Shown: positions 49,201-63,962 of the stretch, piece after piece
Layout: each line of letters begins with the position of its first letter
Position numbering within the stretch: the stretch's first letter is position 1
Source of the DNA: Bugula neritina
Taxonomy: Eukaryota; Animalia; Bryozoa
DNA length: 64,000 nucleotides
NCBI GenBank assembly: GCA_964035545.1
Contig: OZ037768.1
Span: forward strand, 6,108,741 to 6,172,740
Direction of reading: 5' to 3'
Notes under the pieces: generated by a model
Told to the model about the DNA's origin: nothing
The model's input: the letters and a program-made list of their open reading frames with translations, nothing else
The model's database searches: none
Position numbers and translations under genes: made by a program

Positions 49201-52200
49201 TAAGGTTACTCTGGAAGATGGTAATTTCCGTCTCTAATAAACTGTATATGTTTGATTACTAACTCAGGGAACAGCCGTGGTATAGGGGCTAGTGGTATAG
49301 GGGCTAGAGCGTTGGCTTAGTAAACACAGTAAAGGCCATTGGCGATTTTAGGAAGGGCAGTCAGTTGTAATTACTCCTTCGCCACAATAGTAAAAACTTT
49401 TTTAGCCCTTTTCATGAGAGTTTCTCACAGAGATGGTGACTATAAACTCAAGCGGATCAGTAACTTACACAGCACGATAACACTTTTATGAGATTTTGTA
49501 TATATATATACATATATCTAATATTATTTAGAAATGGCCCATTTTCACTAAAACTGTTAGCTAATGGCTTAGAATTTGGCATTTGTTGCTGTTATTTCAA
49601 GTTACATTTCGTAAGTCAATCTTGTGGTAAATGTACATCTCAAGTTACATATTAAATTACCAGTGATGGTGTAATGGGAGATCTTACAGTTTTGCTTCAG
49701 GACTCATCTTGTAAATCATTGTTGATGGTTTCAGTTATCAAATAATATCACTCACTCAGCTGTAATGCACAATAAAAATGTTGCTGTAGCTTTAGAATAC
49801 ATTATGTTTAAAGGATCACTGTAGGATTTATAGGCTATTTTACAGTGAACTGGGTCTTTTAAAAAAATCTTTTAAAGTTGTCTTTTCATGACTGGGCATT
49901 TAAAGCCATTTATCATTAGATATCTAGCATTTTACTAAATTTCATGAACCATTCAAAAGCTTTACCAATAATATTATAATAATGTTTATTATTTCTAACA
50001 AATCCTCTGTATTTTACTTAGCTGTCCATGTTAGTGTGTGTTGGATAAGTTTAGTTTTTCAAAGTTTTTAATATTTTTTGTGCTACAGTTTGCTAGTATA
50101 TTATTTGGTTTCATTTTTCACAGACTTGTGTCAGCAGAGTTGAATGACCATTTCACTCATCTGTTTATTGATGAAGCTGGGTTTGCCACTGAACCTGAGA
50201 CTGTTATACCCCTTGCGTTGTTATCACCCAAACTGAAAATGGGAGGTCAGCTGGTGTTAGCCGGGGATCCAAAGCAGCTGGGTCCAATACTTCGCTCAGC
50301 TCTTGCTACCCTCCATGGCTTTGGTAATTTTATGTCATAGGCTACTAGGTTTTTATGCCAATTGCTTGGATATGAAGAAATGGTTGTGTTTTATTTCATA
50401 ATATATTTTATCTATAAATCTTTATAGACGTTAGTTTGTTGGAGCGACTAATGGAGGCGCCAAATGGCTTATATTCAAGGGACCAAGATGGTTCCTACAA
50501 CAACAAATTCGTGACCAAATTGCTCAAGAATTTTAGATCTCATCCTGAAATACTGGAAGTTCCGAACCAGTTGTTCTACGAGTTTGAGTTGCAGCCGTGT
50601 GCCGACAAAAGGGAAAGGGAGAAGTTGTGTGGCTGGCAGGTAATTCTATGCTCTCTCCCCCTCTCTCTCCCCCCCTCTCTCTCCCCCCCCTCTCTCTCTT
50701 TCTTCCCCCCTCTCTCTCCCCCTCTCTCTCTTTCTTCCCCCCCTCTCTCAGATAGTGCTATCTATCTAATTGTGCATAGTCTCTAACATCTAACTGAAAG
50801 CTATGCTTTTTGTTGCATAAGTTTTTAGTTCAATGATCATGTATTTAATCAATATACTTGCAATTGACTTGCTTCTGAGTTTTAATTTTATATCATTTGA
50901 TTTTAAAAAGTATTTTAATTACTAACCCAAATAAAAATTGTTTGGAATTTACCTCTATTGATTTATAATTGGCTGCATACATATATGAAGCGTATCGATT
51001 TCTTCAAGCAATTTCAGTTTCAAGTATTTGTGTGGACTAAAGAAGCAATGGAAATATTGATTTTTTATCATGTTTCTTTACATGTATAACATGTTTCTAT
51101 TTTGAACCTCTACGTTTTTAATTCTGCTTGATTTCATGGTGTTTTGCAGTCTATTTTGCGCATTCAAATTGGAAACCTTGATTTGTAGTTCGTGTTTCAT
51201 TTTCTTCAACAAAATCTGAAAATTAAATGAGTAAAACTTATCTTGCAGTAACTAATAAATGATATGTGAGTTTTATTAGTTTATTCTAATTTGTATTCAG
51301 GGCCTTCCGGAGTTCTCCATGTACAGATGGAAGTTTGAAAGCATTGGCTTTCCCTTAGTATTTCGTCAAGTGACCGGCCGGGAGGAGCAAGACAGGAGTA
51401 GTCCCTCCTGGTTTAACAGACATGAAGTCCTTGTAGTTGCTGAATATGTTGAAAACCTTCTCTACGGTTCACCTCGTGTTGATCCTCTAGATATTGGTAT
51501 TATCTCCCCTTATATACAACAGGTGCGATTTATCTTCATGTGTATGACATCGTTGGCTTGCATAATTATTTACAACAAATATTGTTTGTTCCATCAGAAT
51601 AGCAAGTATAACTTCTTATACACAAGGCACTGAATGCAAACAAAAGTTGATTGATATTTTTTAATTTAAACAAATATTCTGCATTCAGTTTTGTAACTAA
51701 ATTACTAACAATGTAATTTCATGTTTCTCTTGTGGTTTAAAGAATTGATTGCCTGATAGTTTCTGCAGATAGAACTATTTAATCTTATCTCCCTCTCTTT
51801 TTACCACTAATGATGCGTTTCAAGTGCCTTCATTTCAAAATAGTCTAAGATGTATGTGACTTTTAACCAAAGGAATATAAATAGATGTAAAATATTTGCT
51901 GCCCAAGTTTTGTAAGAGTTCCATTCTGTTATATACTAATTATATTCAGGTGAAAAAGATACGACAAGCTCTCAATATAATAGGAAATGATCCAAGGTCG
52001 TCTAGCATCAATGGAGACATTCGAGATATTAAAGTCGGTTCAGTTGAGAAGTTCCAGGGAGATGAAAAGGAAGTGATTATCATCAGCACGGTTAGAAGTC
52101 AAACCGATAAGCTAAATATCGACGAGAAGTTTAACCTTGGATTTGTTAAAAACCCAAAAGTAAGGAATACATGCTGGATGACTTATTATTTCTATCTGTT

Positions 52201-53869
52201 TTGGCAAAGCTATAGGGGAGCAGTACGTAGACATCATGTTTGTTTTTGTTGCATTTAGTCTAAAGTGCATTGAGTTGAAAAGGCCCTATAATACAATGGC
52301 ACTGCTGTTTGTCGAGGCACACAAGCTATATTTGGTTAACAGTAATTTGTATTAACCAGAAATATAGGTTTTCCTAATATATGTTGTAATGTATTCTTTC
52401 AAAACAAAGTTTTTTTTTATCTGATCAATTTGAAACCAATTAAATTTTTCTCAGCCATTGTAAATATGTCAACCTAAGTAACATCTTTGGTTTAACTTCC
52501 ACAGCTATGTGGCCGGGACCATGCTCAAGTGACTGGTGTAACATTAATAACAGATAATAGGCTAGCAAGTTAACTTATTATTTAACCCAGAACAGACCCA
52601 TTATCTTTCATCGACAAATTGAAACTCTTAATATAAAAAATGCTGAAATATTTTCAACGTTGCATATTGTCAGGCTTTTCACGCATTTCTGTATTATTTT
52701 AAAAAAATTGCCGCACAATGCTGGACATTTGCTAAACATCATATCTGCAGTTTATGAAGCTGTAGTTACTATAAATAGTCTAAGGAATATACTAACTACT
52801 AAGTTGCGTTTTTTCTACAGCGATTCAATGTGGCTATGACAAGAGCTAAGTCCCTGCTCGTTCTCATTGGAAATCCCTTTGTCCTTTGTACAGATGAGAA
52901 GTGGAGAAGGTATGGAGACTCCAGTGCTAATTGTCTTATTAGCATCTAGACATCTAGTATAACATTGATGTAGCTAGTACTGATATAACTCTTTCAGAAT
53001 GATATAACTCTTTCATAATGTTTCAGAATGATAGCTCATATAGTGCAGGGAGGCGGATACTTGGGTGAGGAACTGAGTGAAGAGTTGCTGCGTATTGAGC
53101 CAAACGAGGAACCAGCAAGAAGAAGGCAGGCTAGAGTCAGCAATCAGCAGTTCATGGGTAGGTTGCATGAATAGACTACCACTAGTTGGTAATACTAGTA
53201 CTTGTTTAGTGATATTCTGCTGCTTAATAAGAGAATTATTAATAAACCACCTTAGCTAGGAAGCTGTTTGTAATAAATAAAGCCATAAATAATTAATTTG
53301 TTTATAAATGTTATTGTTTGGTCAGTTACACTCACTGTTGAGTGTTGGGTACCATTAGTATTGCCGAATTCGAGATTTACAATCACATAAGATACATAGT
53401 TTTCACAGCTAGTTTTTCTAACACCTAATAACTGTAAGGTTTTACATGTATTTGGTAAACTAAAGCTTACCACTAATTGTTGATTAATATTTTACTCTAG
53501 TTTCATAATTGCACTCTGAATTAAAAAAATTACATCAACAAAAAATGTTTTTTCTACCAATTTTTACAATATTGAAAAATTTTTTTTGCTCATTTTAAAA
53601 AAAAAATAGATCAACTTTAATTGAAATGATTCAGTATCCTCCTACTTTGGAGATATTATGATCTGAATTATATGTATTTTAACTATTTATTTAAATATGT
53701 TGTTATGTAATGTCACAAGATGCCCATGTCACGTAGAATATCCTGCTCAATGTAAACTGGAAGGTAGAGAATGCATTGTGGTTTTTGTATTGTAGTTGAG
53801 AGGGAGAGGCGTGGGAGAAGTGATTATTTATTACATCATGATGACCAGTGGGAACACAGAGATGTTTAA
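43220..53869 (+). CDS. MOV10: MOV10-like SF1 RNA helicase, paralog C
   Basis: ATG at 43220 (in-frame TAA at 43190). Exons 43220-43242, 43865-44109, 44435-44690, 45416-45544, 45797-45974, 47158-47300, 47553-47741, 47873-48020, 48373-48528, 49059-49168, 50124-50323, 50428-50639, 51301-51522, 51950-52159, 52821-52909, 53027-53157, 53796-53869 (TAA). [17 protein letters not shown] and [10 protein letters not shown] intact. Confidence 0.9.
49268..49445 (+). mobile_element. tRNA-derived SINE copy (internally deleted)
   Basis: A-box-like GTGGTATAGGGGCTAG (duplicated), AAGGCCATTGGCGAT...AGGAAGGGCA core, 3' part matching 58336-58531. Confidence 0.55.
50650..50748. repeat. CT-rich low-complexity tract
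   Basis: (CT)n/Cn mix just downstream of an exon donor. Confidence 0.8.
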
Positions 53870-55487
53870 GCTTCAAATCAAAAAGTACTGAGCTGAAAAT
53901 CAAACAATTTGTGCCGGAATATTGTTAGTTTTTCATAAATTTTATTTTGCAATTAACCACATTAGCAATGACTTGACTAAATACCCTGAGGAAAAAGTAT
54001 TGGCATAATACATTCTGCCATTTGGGTTTTAGCCATAGTAATACACATGAACACCAAGCAATATGAAATTGGTGACATTTTGGTAGATTTACATATTATT
54101 TAAACTTGCTTTTGTTTAAAAGTTCTAGCTTTAAAAATTAGTAAAATTTTTATTAAGGTGAATCCTACTACCTTGGAGTATGAATCAAAGATTTGTTTGT
54201 AGCTAATTCATAAATTTCAACTGTGAGCTTCTATTCATCTAGTAATTTTACTGATGGTGGTTTCATCATTTTCAGTAATTGATATACAATCATAACATTT
54301 TAATTCTGTCCAGAATAATGTTATTTATTTATTATAAGATCTCAACAGATCGTAATGTTCTATAGAAAAGTGGTTTATTTTTTATTGAAATTTTTACAAT
54401 TATTTCAAGTTCGTTTGGCGTCCTATCACAATAAAAAGTTACTTTTTATGTTTTGACTAGAAGGGTAATTTATTAACAGTTGTTGACCATTGGCTATCCT
54501 ATGTTGTTTAGAGAACTCTATTGGTATACGCTTTGTATAGTATTAGATGTTACATATTCTAGCATAATAAATGATCCTAGATACAAATTATCGATGCTTT
54601 TAGTTTTACATAAACTTAATAAAAAATGTGACTAAGAATATTAACTCAGCTTTATGGAACTGTTGAGGTCCCTCAGTCACCAGACTGCACTATAGAAATT
54701 ACTTGAAATATAAGAGACTAACTTTCAAGACAAATGACTAGCCTTCAGTGAATTTTTTTTATAAAAAATCACATTAACTAAATTTACTAATGTGTTTAGT
54801 ATATTTAACACAACTAATCAGTTAAAAATTATTTTGAAAGTTCAGAATTCATAATAAAAATGTTGCATACCACGAGGCTTGGTATTAACGTCTGCATGCA
54901 GAAAATTCTTGTGCTTATATAATGTTTGAGTAGGAGCATTTTCTCTCCCCCCCCCCCCCAAAAAAAAACTTCGGGTATCTTTATTCAGCAGAGTTAAAAG
55001 GCTGTGAATTTTGATATTTCCCATAAATGCCGGAATAGCCTAGCCATAGGTTATTATTCTTGCAGTGCAGGTGCAACTCTAAGAAATGAAGATATAGTGA
55101 ACAAAAGATATTACTATCAATACATACAAATTTATTAACCTATGAATAAGCTACCTGGTCAATGCAGTAAAAAGTGGTCACTCATTCGCACTCAACACTG
55201 TATGACAAACGTGCAAATTTAATTACAATAATAATCCTACAATATCAAATGAACAATTAGAAATAAATAATTCTCGGATCATTGGAATGGCTAATGAAAA
55301 ATATAGCGTCATACATGATGTCATACATGATGTCATACATGATGTCATACATATACAAATGTACAACTCTGGACGGAAGCAATAAATTTTTCTGTAGGCT
55401 GTTTGCTTCCCGGAGGCTAGCAAATGTATAAAATACTCGAAAACTCTCAACCTTTTCTACGGACTACAACACAAAGTGCATACAGAT

Positions 55488-58400
55488 TTATGATTGACTA
55501 TTTTCAAGTTGACTTTGAAGATTGCCTACTTTCTCAGACCAGTATTCACTACTTTGTTGGAGCTGCATGGACAGCTCCCCGACACGCTGTATCCAGTAAG
55601 ATTTGTCGAGACTTGAGGCATCATCTGTTGATGCCAAGTTCGGACTTTTATTTCTTGTTGGACTTCTGTTTCTCAGACTAGAAGAGCCCTGTAACATGAG
55701 TCCACCAGTCTGTCACGTGACCATAATACAATCTACTAAACTGAAAATTTTCAATTTAGTATTGAGAAATCATACACTCCACTGCACTGCTTGCTAATTC
55801 ATATTTCCAAACCAATGTTTCATGGAATTGTAAAGTAATGTTATATAAATAAATAAAGTCTACACGTTAAAACTTTTATACTACAGAAATGGTAATAAAA
55901 CTTGCACCACATGATTGCACATGAAGAAATTTAATGAACACGTTGAAGATGTTGGTAGTCATATTTTAGGTGCAAATAAAACCTTTTTTATGTTTTACTT
56001 CTAATAATCAATCTGCACCAACACTCAGGCCTATCAAGTGTTTTGTCCAGAGAAAGGTAATGGGAGACATTGGTTAACAAATGCCATAATTACATCACCC
56101 AAGTAGATGAATACAGAGTGAAAACAGTGACACAGATGAAGCAATACTGCAACATTATAGTACATACCCGAATAGATTGACCTTGAGTTCGTAGAGTTCT
56201 GATGAGGTCATCTTTCTGCTCCATGGTTGCTTGTAAAGTGTGTCTGTTAGCTGACTCCCTCTCCAAGTCCATTCTAATCTGCGCATTCTGCTTTTGCATT
56301 ACGGCAAGCTGTACACAAGTATGTAATTTTATTAAAAACAACAATTATGTTTAAAACCCGCTACCTGAACAGGACAAATCGAAGCTAGGTAAGAAAAAAA
56401 GTGAGAATAATTATGTTTAAATACACCACACTGCATAAAATAAGTGTACAGTATAACAGTATGGCCCACAATGCTCACCTGGCTGTTGAGAAGATTGTTG
56501 TTGTCAGCATTAAGCTGTAGCTGCCGCCGTAAGTCATCAATAGTAGCTAGTTTATCCTTCATGTCAGCATCTTGCGCGTGCCTATACATTAGAAATTTAT
56601 ATAAAATATCGTGTTATTGAAACTAATTCTGCATGGAATGGAATTGCACTAAAGATTTTAATTTACAGATGACTCACTCGTATTCCTCGAGCTTTTGCTG
56701 TAGTTGTCTGAGTAGAATCTGCTGACGACTGGAATGTTCTTGTAAACTCTAGTTGAAAGTAAAAAAAAAAAGTGATAAGACAAATCCATGCAGACGGAAA
56801 AAGGATGGAGGGAAATGCAAAACTGCAGGCTAATGGCCATACATAATAGTATACATATATTTCAGAAGCCAATCGAAAATCATGTAACAAAACATATTTA
56901 AAACATAGCATTAATCTAAAATTTCACAATACAGGCGTGACATTTGGCCTTAATTTTAATATGCAATGATATGATTAAATGATATAAAAATCAGACTACA
57001 ATTTTTAGCAACTTTTATATCTGGAGCAGCTACAATTATGAGCTATTGTCTTACTAAAATTACAAAAAATACGAGAGAATAACCCACAAGTTCAATATTT
57101 TTGTTTCCTTGATTACCTTAAGTTTGAGTTGTTCAGTTTTGAGTTCTGCATTAAGAGCTTCCAACTGGTGAACTTTGTTAGTAGAAGATTGAACATCTTC
57201 TGTGAGAGACTTTTTATCCTTCTGCAACTGTCTAATAGTATCCGATTGCTCTCTCAATTTGTCAGCCAACTTTTCGTTTGATCGTCTATCAACAATAATA
57301 TTGGCATTTTCAAAATTTCATTCTTATAATTTTGTATAGAAAAAAGATTCTCTTTATAAAATATTCAAAATGTATAAAAAAATAAAGGTTTTTTTCTCAC
57401 TATCTCCCACCACTCACTTCTGTTCATCAACCCATCCATTGACGTTGCGTACAACTTGCTCGCTCTCTTTCTGCAGTCGATCACCGTTACATCTAACGTC
57501 ATCTAAAGCCGCTTGTAAAGCAGTTACTTCTTCATTAGCAACACGGTGATTGTTTCGAGCTGTCTTAAGATCGTCTTCAACTCTTTCCATCTCCTGACAC
57601 TTAGAATTCAGCTTCTCAGACAGTGTGGCAACTTCTACCTTGGCTAGAACTAGTTCTTCTTCCTGGAACAAATATTTTATTAGCTATGAAAGCAAAAAAT
57701 AGTTCAAACATGTTTCTTCTGCAGCAAGGTTTGAATCCTGATTAAATTAGAATGTCAAACAGCGCTGCAAGAACTTAAGTCATGCTGTATAATTTTTCAA
57801 ATATCTTACCTTTTACTTGCTTCTTAATAATATAACAGTTCAAATAGAACATAAACCAATAGTGTAAATCATAAACACTAAACAACAACAAATGCCCATG
57901 ACTGACTCATCTGAATGCTAATTGAGTTACCATGACTCATAGCACCAATCACTCCGACTCCCACCTGTCAGTGACTGAATAACTGACAGGTACTGGAGGT
58001 GAGTGATAGAATTAACATACCAAAAGTCTACAATCTTTATAGCTACTGTGTACACTGACACATTGAGCTACGGTAAATACCTTAACAGCAAGTTCCTCAA
58101 TAGACTGTTTGTTTCTTTCAGTTTGATTCTGTAACTCATCATGCATCATATGAACCTGCCTCTCGTATTTCTCTAAATCTGTTTTTGCAGCTGTGTTGTA
58201 TTCCTGCAGCTTCTTGATATCCTGTTTCATGGTCTTGACTTTCTTCTCATAATTTGTTACCTTATACGAAATGTGTACATATAAAGTTAGATTGACAGTG
58301 AGTTTAGTTTACAGTTGAAGACTATACTCGCAAAACTATAGTAGCCATCCCTGCGAGAAACCCTGATAGAAAGGGCTTTTAAAGCAGGCTAAGGACTTCT

Positions 58401-61400
58401 TTACTATTGAGGCAAAAAAGTAATTATAACTGAATGACCTTTCTAGCATCACCAATGACCTTCACTGGGAATCGAACCACTGATCTCATGTTTGTAAAAC
58501 CAGCGCTCTAACCTCTAGACCACAGCTCTCACAATTAAATATAATACTCAAGAGCCACTAATGCTTTTTATTTTATGATCAGTCATGTTTGTTAAATTAA
58601 TGTATTAGTTTTATATACTAAATTTATTTTCAAGATCATGGCTGATGAAATACACAAACATAAAACAAAAATCACCAGTGGCTCTGAAGTATTCTTCAAC
58701 TACGGCCTACCTCTTCCACTAGTGCCTGGTTGCTTTTCTCTGTGTGACTGAGCTGCGACTTTAATTGCTTAGCTTGCTTAGATTTCTCATTCAGCTGGTC
58801 TACAGTCTCATTAAGGTTCGACTGCAGAGAACTGAAATCAGACCTAAGTCGAGACAACTCCCTGTCGCTATCCCTAGTCTGTGAGTCTAGAGATTTTACT
58901 TGCTCATGCAGATTGTCTCTTTGCGCACAAGTCTGTAGATTGTTTTGCTCTGCGGCGTCGAGTTTCTGTAAAGCGTTAACTTTCTCTCGCTCACAAGTTT
59001 CCAAATTGAGTAGAGTCATTCGGAGTTGTCCTTCTTTTTCAACTAACGACTCTTTGGTTACAACCAGCTTTGCATTTAGAGAGTCAAACTCATCTTGACA
59101 TTTCTTTAGCAGAGATTCCTTCTCCTTGAGCTACAAAGATTTGTAACATGTCATCATATAAAATACAATGTGTAAGTTAATCAGTTGATGAATGTATGAC
59201 TTTATTTTATCTATGGCTTCCAATATACTTGAAAAAATCACAATCTTGTTAGTTGATATTACTGTTTACCAAGTAAGTAGAACAATAAGAAATATTTTTA
59301 TGCTAAAAATGCAAGTATGTAGCAAAGTGAAAAAAGAAACCTGTTAACTTTGTATTAAAGCTTAAAACTTGGCTTAATTTCAGACAAATTTATTTTTAGA
59401 ATACAAAAGTTACTCACACTTGTGGCAGTTTCTTTCTGCTGCTTTGTAACCTGCTCCATGTCATCTTGCAGCTCTGTTATCACACTCTTATAGTTGGCGA
59501 GCAGACGGTCAACTTCTCGACCTCTCTGCTGCTCTTTTGTGTATTCTGTGTGGCAGGTTTGGAGCTTAGCATCTACTTCTAGATACTAGACACACCATAT
59601 AAATACTTATAGAATGTTACTAACGATATTTAATAAAAATATAATACGATAACATTACCAGTATATATAACTTAGAAAAACAGCATGATAACATGCGAAC
59701 TAACACTCTATTAACAAATTCCACTATCACAATTGCAACGTGTAAAGAATACTTTATTGTGTTTTTAATATTAAGTTACATTGATTAAGAACAAAAATCT
59801 ATCAAACATGTTTACATGTTTACACTTAATCTGTATAAACAAAAAAGTATTTTGACACAAACCTTATCATCCAGCCGTTTGTACCTCTCTTCAGACATGA
59901 GCAGGTCATTCTGTACTCTTTGTAACGAGAGTTTAACAGAAGACTCGCGCTCTAATGCCATGTCTCTCTCTTTAGCTTTACTACTCAACTCATTCTCTAA
60001 TCTAAAACATAGTATTTCATCACATAAAAGACTGTAGAGATTTCACTGTTATATTATAGATATTACAATGTTGGGACTGTAGATATCAAACTACCAGAAT
60101 TATAGATATTGCACTAGTAGATTGTAGAAATTAGATTATTAGATTGAAAAGATTGAAAAATATTTTACAAGACATGTACCAGAAATTAAAATTAAAAAGA
60201 AAAAGCGTCATTTCCAAGTGTTCACACACCACAGAAACTTTTTCCTGTTCCCATAAAACAGTGCTAACTAATGATAATTGATGTCAAAGAAAATGAAAGT
60301 TATAAATTTTGTAATTTAACTATTGATTAACAATAAAGATATCTTGAACTCAATTTAAAAATTATAAGCAGAATTAGCACCAACTCAAGACTAGAAATTT
60401 ATACAACATGGTAAATGTTAAACTTCATTAGAGCTCACTGGTCAAAGAGCTGTTTCATCTCAATGCATTCCTGCTCCAACTGTACATTCTGCTCTACTAT
60501 GGCCGCATTGTCCGTCTGTAACCTCGTAATTGTCTGATCTTGTTTTACATTATCAGACACTCGTGACTTGAGCTGGTCTTTAGTAGTGAGTAACGTCTGC
60601 TCTAGTATCAGTCTCTTCTCCTCATGATGAGCGAGTTCCTGCGCATAGCCCTTGCACTCTGCTCTGGACTCTGTGACATCCGCCTTCAGCCTATCAATGT
60701 CAATCTGCAGCTGGCTGATCTACAGAAAAAGTTTACTTTATTATCAAACTTAGTGAGAAACAAAATATTGGAACAAAATTAACTAGAGAATATTGATTTA
60801 TTTCATTTATTAGACATGTTGTATTTATTAAGAGTGTTAATTATCAATCTTAGTAGGAAATAAAACATTGGGAATGAAATTAATCTTAAGAATATTACAA
60901 AGCAACTCCACAAATAACTGTTTACCAGATATGTATTAGGTTGCTATTCATTGAGAATGGTTATTTAGATATTTTACTCTATTAGTAAAAACAAAGTTCC
61001 TGGACGCAAAGAAAAACGAAGAGCAAACAGAATGTCCAAACTTTATAAAATTTTCGTTTCAACACAGCCTCTGTGCTGGTGAATTACCCAAAGACATCCC
61101 AGCCTCTATTCAATGGAGGCAACTTACTAAGTTCTGAGCGTAAGCTTCTCGTTTTTCTCGATCATTAACATCAATCCGCAGAAGTCTAAGCTGCTCTTCC
61201 AAGACATTCACTTCCTCGGTCCTTTGGGCTTGCTGCTGCTGAAGTGACTGGCACTCAGCTGTGTTTAGCTGAATCAAGTCGTCTCTCGCTTGCAGCTCCT
61301 TCCCCAAGTGCTCCCCAGCCTCTCTCTCAACACTCAAGTCACGCTCCAGCTTCGAAATAGTGTCTTCAAGAGCTACCACCTCGGTGTGGAACCTAACTCG

Positions 61401-63962
61401 AGTCTTTTCCAACTCAACTCTAGTCTCCTGTAAAGTATTTTCCAATCTGTCCACCTGAAACAAGAAAATGCACGTGAGCCCAAGGTCGTTCGTTTAAGAA
61501 GATAGTAAGTTAAGCAATATTCATCACAGGAAGCATTAAATAAATTACTCAAAATCAAAAATATTTCAAATAAATCAACAGCAGCATTGTAAGCAGTTGA
61601 CTAAATATTAGAACAATCAGGTCACAGTCCCCTGATGTCAGTAGAGAAATCTACGACTAATATTCACACACCTCAGATTCTGCTTCTGATATTTTATCTT
61701 GAAGGCAAGAAATGGAGCTCTTTTGAGCCACTTGCTCTTCTCTAATAGTTAGAAGTTGTCTGTTCCTTTCAGTTAACTCGAGAGACGTGCTGTGCAACTC
61801 GTCTTCAATTTGTCTCAGGCGATCATCTCTTTCATTCACCTTTAGAATCACCACAAGATGTTAGTTGAGAGGACAACACTAATAATTCTATGGAGTAAGT
61901 GAAACCCAAATAAAAACCTCATGTTTGTCTAAAGTATCCACCCCTGTGAGAACCCCTCATAGTAAAGGCTTTTTAAGCAGGCTAAAGATTGTGTATTTGG
62001 GGCACAGGAGTGATTGTGATCAGATGTTTTTATTGATACCATCAATGGTCATGCTGTGATTTGAGCCGGTTACCTAGACCATTGCTCTAACCACTAGGCA
62101 ACAGAGGCTCCTTTTAACTATTTATGTAAACATGTGACTACGATTTAAACTAAATTAGGTTATAAATCACACTGTATTATACAAAGCTGATAAATTTTCA
62201 TGTGGCTAGATTGCCAGCGGTTAGCAGAAATTTTGTCTATCATCAATTTTATTGAGTTGGCAGTATTTTAAATAACCTATTCATAAAGAGTAAACATACA
62301 ACAGGCATTACAGCACATGTTAAAACATTTTTCACTACTGTAAATTCTCACCTCTTCATTGTCATACTGATGCTGCTCTTTATACGAGAGGAAATCATTG
62401 TGCAAGTTTGCACATCTCTCCTCACTACTTGCACACTACAAGCACACACTACAGTACAGCTGGGGTCATAAAAAAAAGCAGGTAAAAGCTAAAGACTCAA
62501 CCAAATAGTTGAAAATAAGTAATGGTACATGCAAATAAACCAGTTTATTAACATGCATCTATATTAAATCTTGTATTTATGGTGCTTTGGTGAAATATTC
62601 AAGCACCCACTTTAGGCTCAGTTAATTATTTGTTACAAATTATGCTACTCTAAATAATAGCTCTGGAGATAATCAAAAAGAAGACAATCAGCAAATCATG
62701 TATCAGTGGCGTGGCAATTTGATTAAATTCAACGCAAAAAACAATTTTAATGATGAACACTGAGAAAAAGCGAACTCGAGAAAATCCAACTGCATTGTTA
62801 CTAAATCATTTCTATATATGCCGGGCTCAAAGTTATGAGATAAAGGTGTAAAGTAACCAATCGCAATGCATGCCATGCAACATACAGAGATAGATCTCGT
62901 TTCAGGCAATGATGTATAACTATTACTTAAAGCTGCCACACAAATAAAAGCTAAAAGCACACATGTATGTCTACTGATAACATCTAATAACTTTAATATA
63001 AAATTTATCCGGCTGCTTGAAAAAGCAAAGCTTAGTCTAACCTCAGCTACTCTCTGTTCCAGTTTACTTCTCAACCTCTGAACATTCGACTCATAGTCCG
63101 CTATCTTGTCATGTGACTTGGTCAGCTCTTCCTGCAGGGCTGTGATCTCATTGGTCAATCTTTCTATCATCTCTTCCCGATGCTGAACTTCTCTCTCCAC
63201 ATCCTTCACCTTGTTAGCCATGTTGGTTATTTCTTTTCCTAGCTTTTTGATTTCCTCATCTTTTATAGTGTTCTAAACAATTAGTAGACAACATTGATTC
63301 AAAATTCTAATTTATAACCAACAATGAAGTATCAAATATCATTTATTCAAAATAATACAGGAATCTTATTTAAATACATAAGCTAGATGACTTGCTAAGA
63401 GATAAACATACATTGCCTCGACATTCTGCCAGTTTGCTCTGCAAGCCTTGCTGGTCTTGCATCAGACTTTTAGCATGCTTGTTTCCAGCTAATAGCTTGT
63501 GTTCCAGAACTTCTACCTAGAGTTGAGAATAGCGACAATCAATACAGAAAACTTTATAAAGCTGGAACAGCAAAGATATGGGGGAAGGAAATCAGTTTTT
63601 GGGATACATCTTCATAACTTACCAGCATACTACCTACTTGAACAATGTAAGTCATCAGATGTGTTAAATGAGCATTAGTAAACAGCTGGTCTGAAGTTTG
63701 AAAAAACTAAACTTTATTTTGCCGAAAACTAGCACATTTATTAAAATTTATACGTTTGATAAGAGTTTTAAGGCTGATTTACATGTAAGAGTGTGAGATA
63801 GAATGTTGGCACTGGGTGGGGGAGCTATTTTCTCACCTGCTGCTGCCATTTTGCTGAGCCTGTTTTTTCATGCTGTACACTCATCTCTAGTCTGCTGATC
63901 TCCTCTCTTGCTTCATCCAATGTCTTTTCCATTTCAGATAAGAGTTGTCCTCTACTGGACAG
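55488..63962 (-). CDS. Long coiled-coil protein, PMFBP1/CCDC18-like, 5'-partial, spliced
   Basis: Minus-strand exons approximately 63837-63962, 63417-63517, 63042-63272, 62352-62436, 61672-61839, 61127-61454, 60439-60719, 59863-60001, 59418-59585, 58711-59130, 58081-58260, 57418-57662, 57117-57285, 56678-56748, 56479-56581, 56168-56308, 55488-55688 (stop). Heptad-rich E/K/Q/L sequence; NVNGWVDEQKRSNEKLADKLREQ and C-terminal YWIQRVGELSMQLQQSSEYWSEKV recall PMFBP1-like proteins (from memory). Confidence 0.75.
58336..58531 (-). mobile_element. tRNA-derived SINE (best-preserved copy)
   Basis: Minus strand: GAGAGCTGTGGTCTAGAGGTTAGAGCGCTGG (A box) ... GGTTCGATTCCC (B box), then the shared core and tail. 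Confidence 0.7.
61931..62111 (-). mobile_element. tRNA-derived SINE copy
   Basis: Homologous to 58336-58531 (CCCTGTGAGAACCC...AAGCAGGCTAA...CTCTAACCACTAG). Confidence 0.6.
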
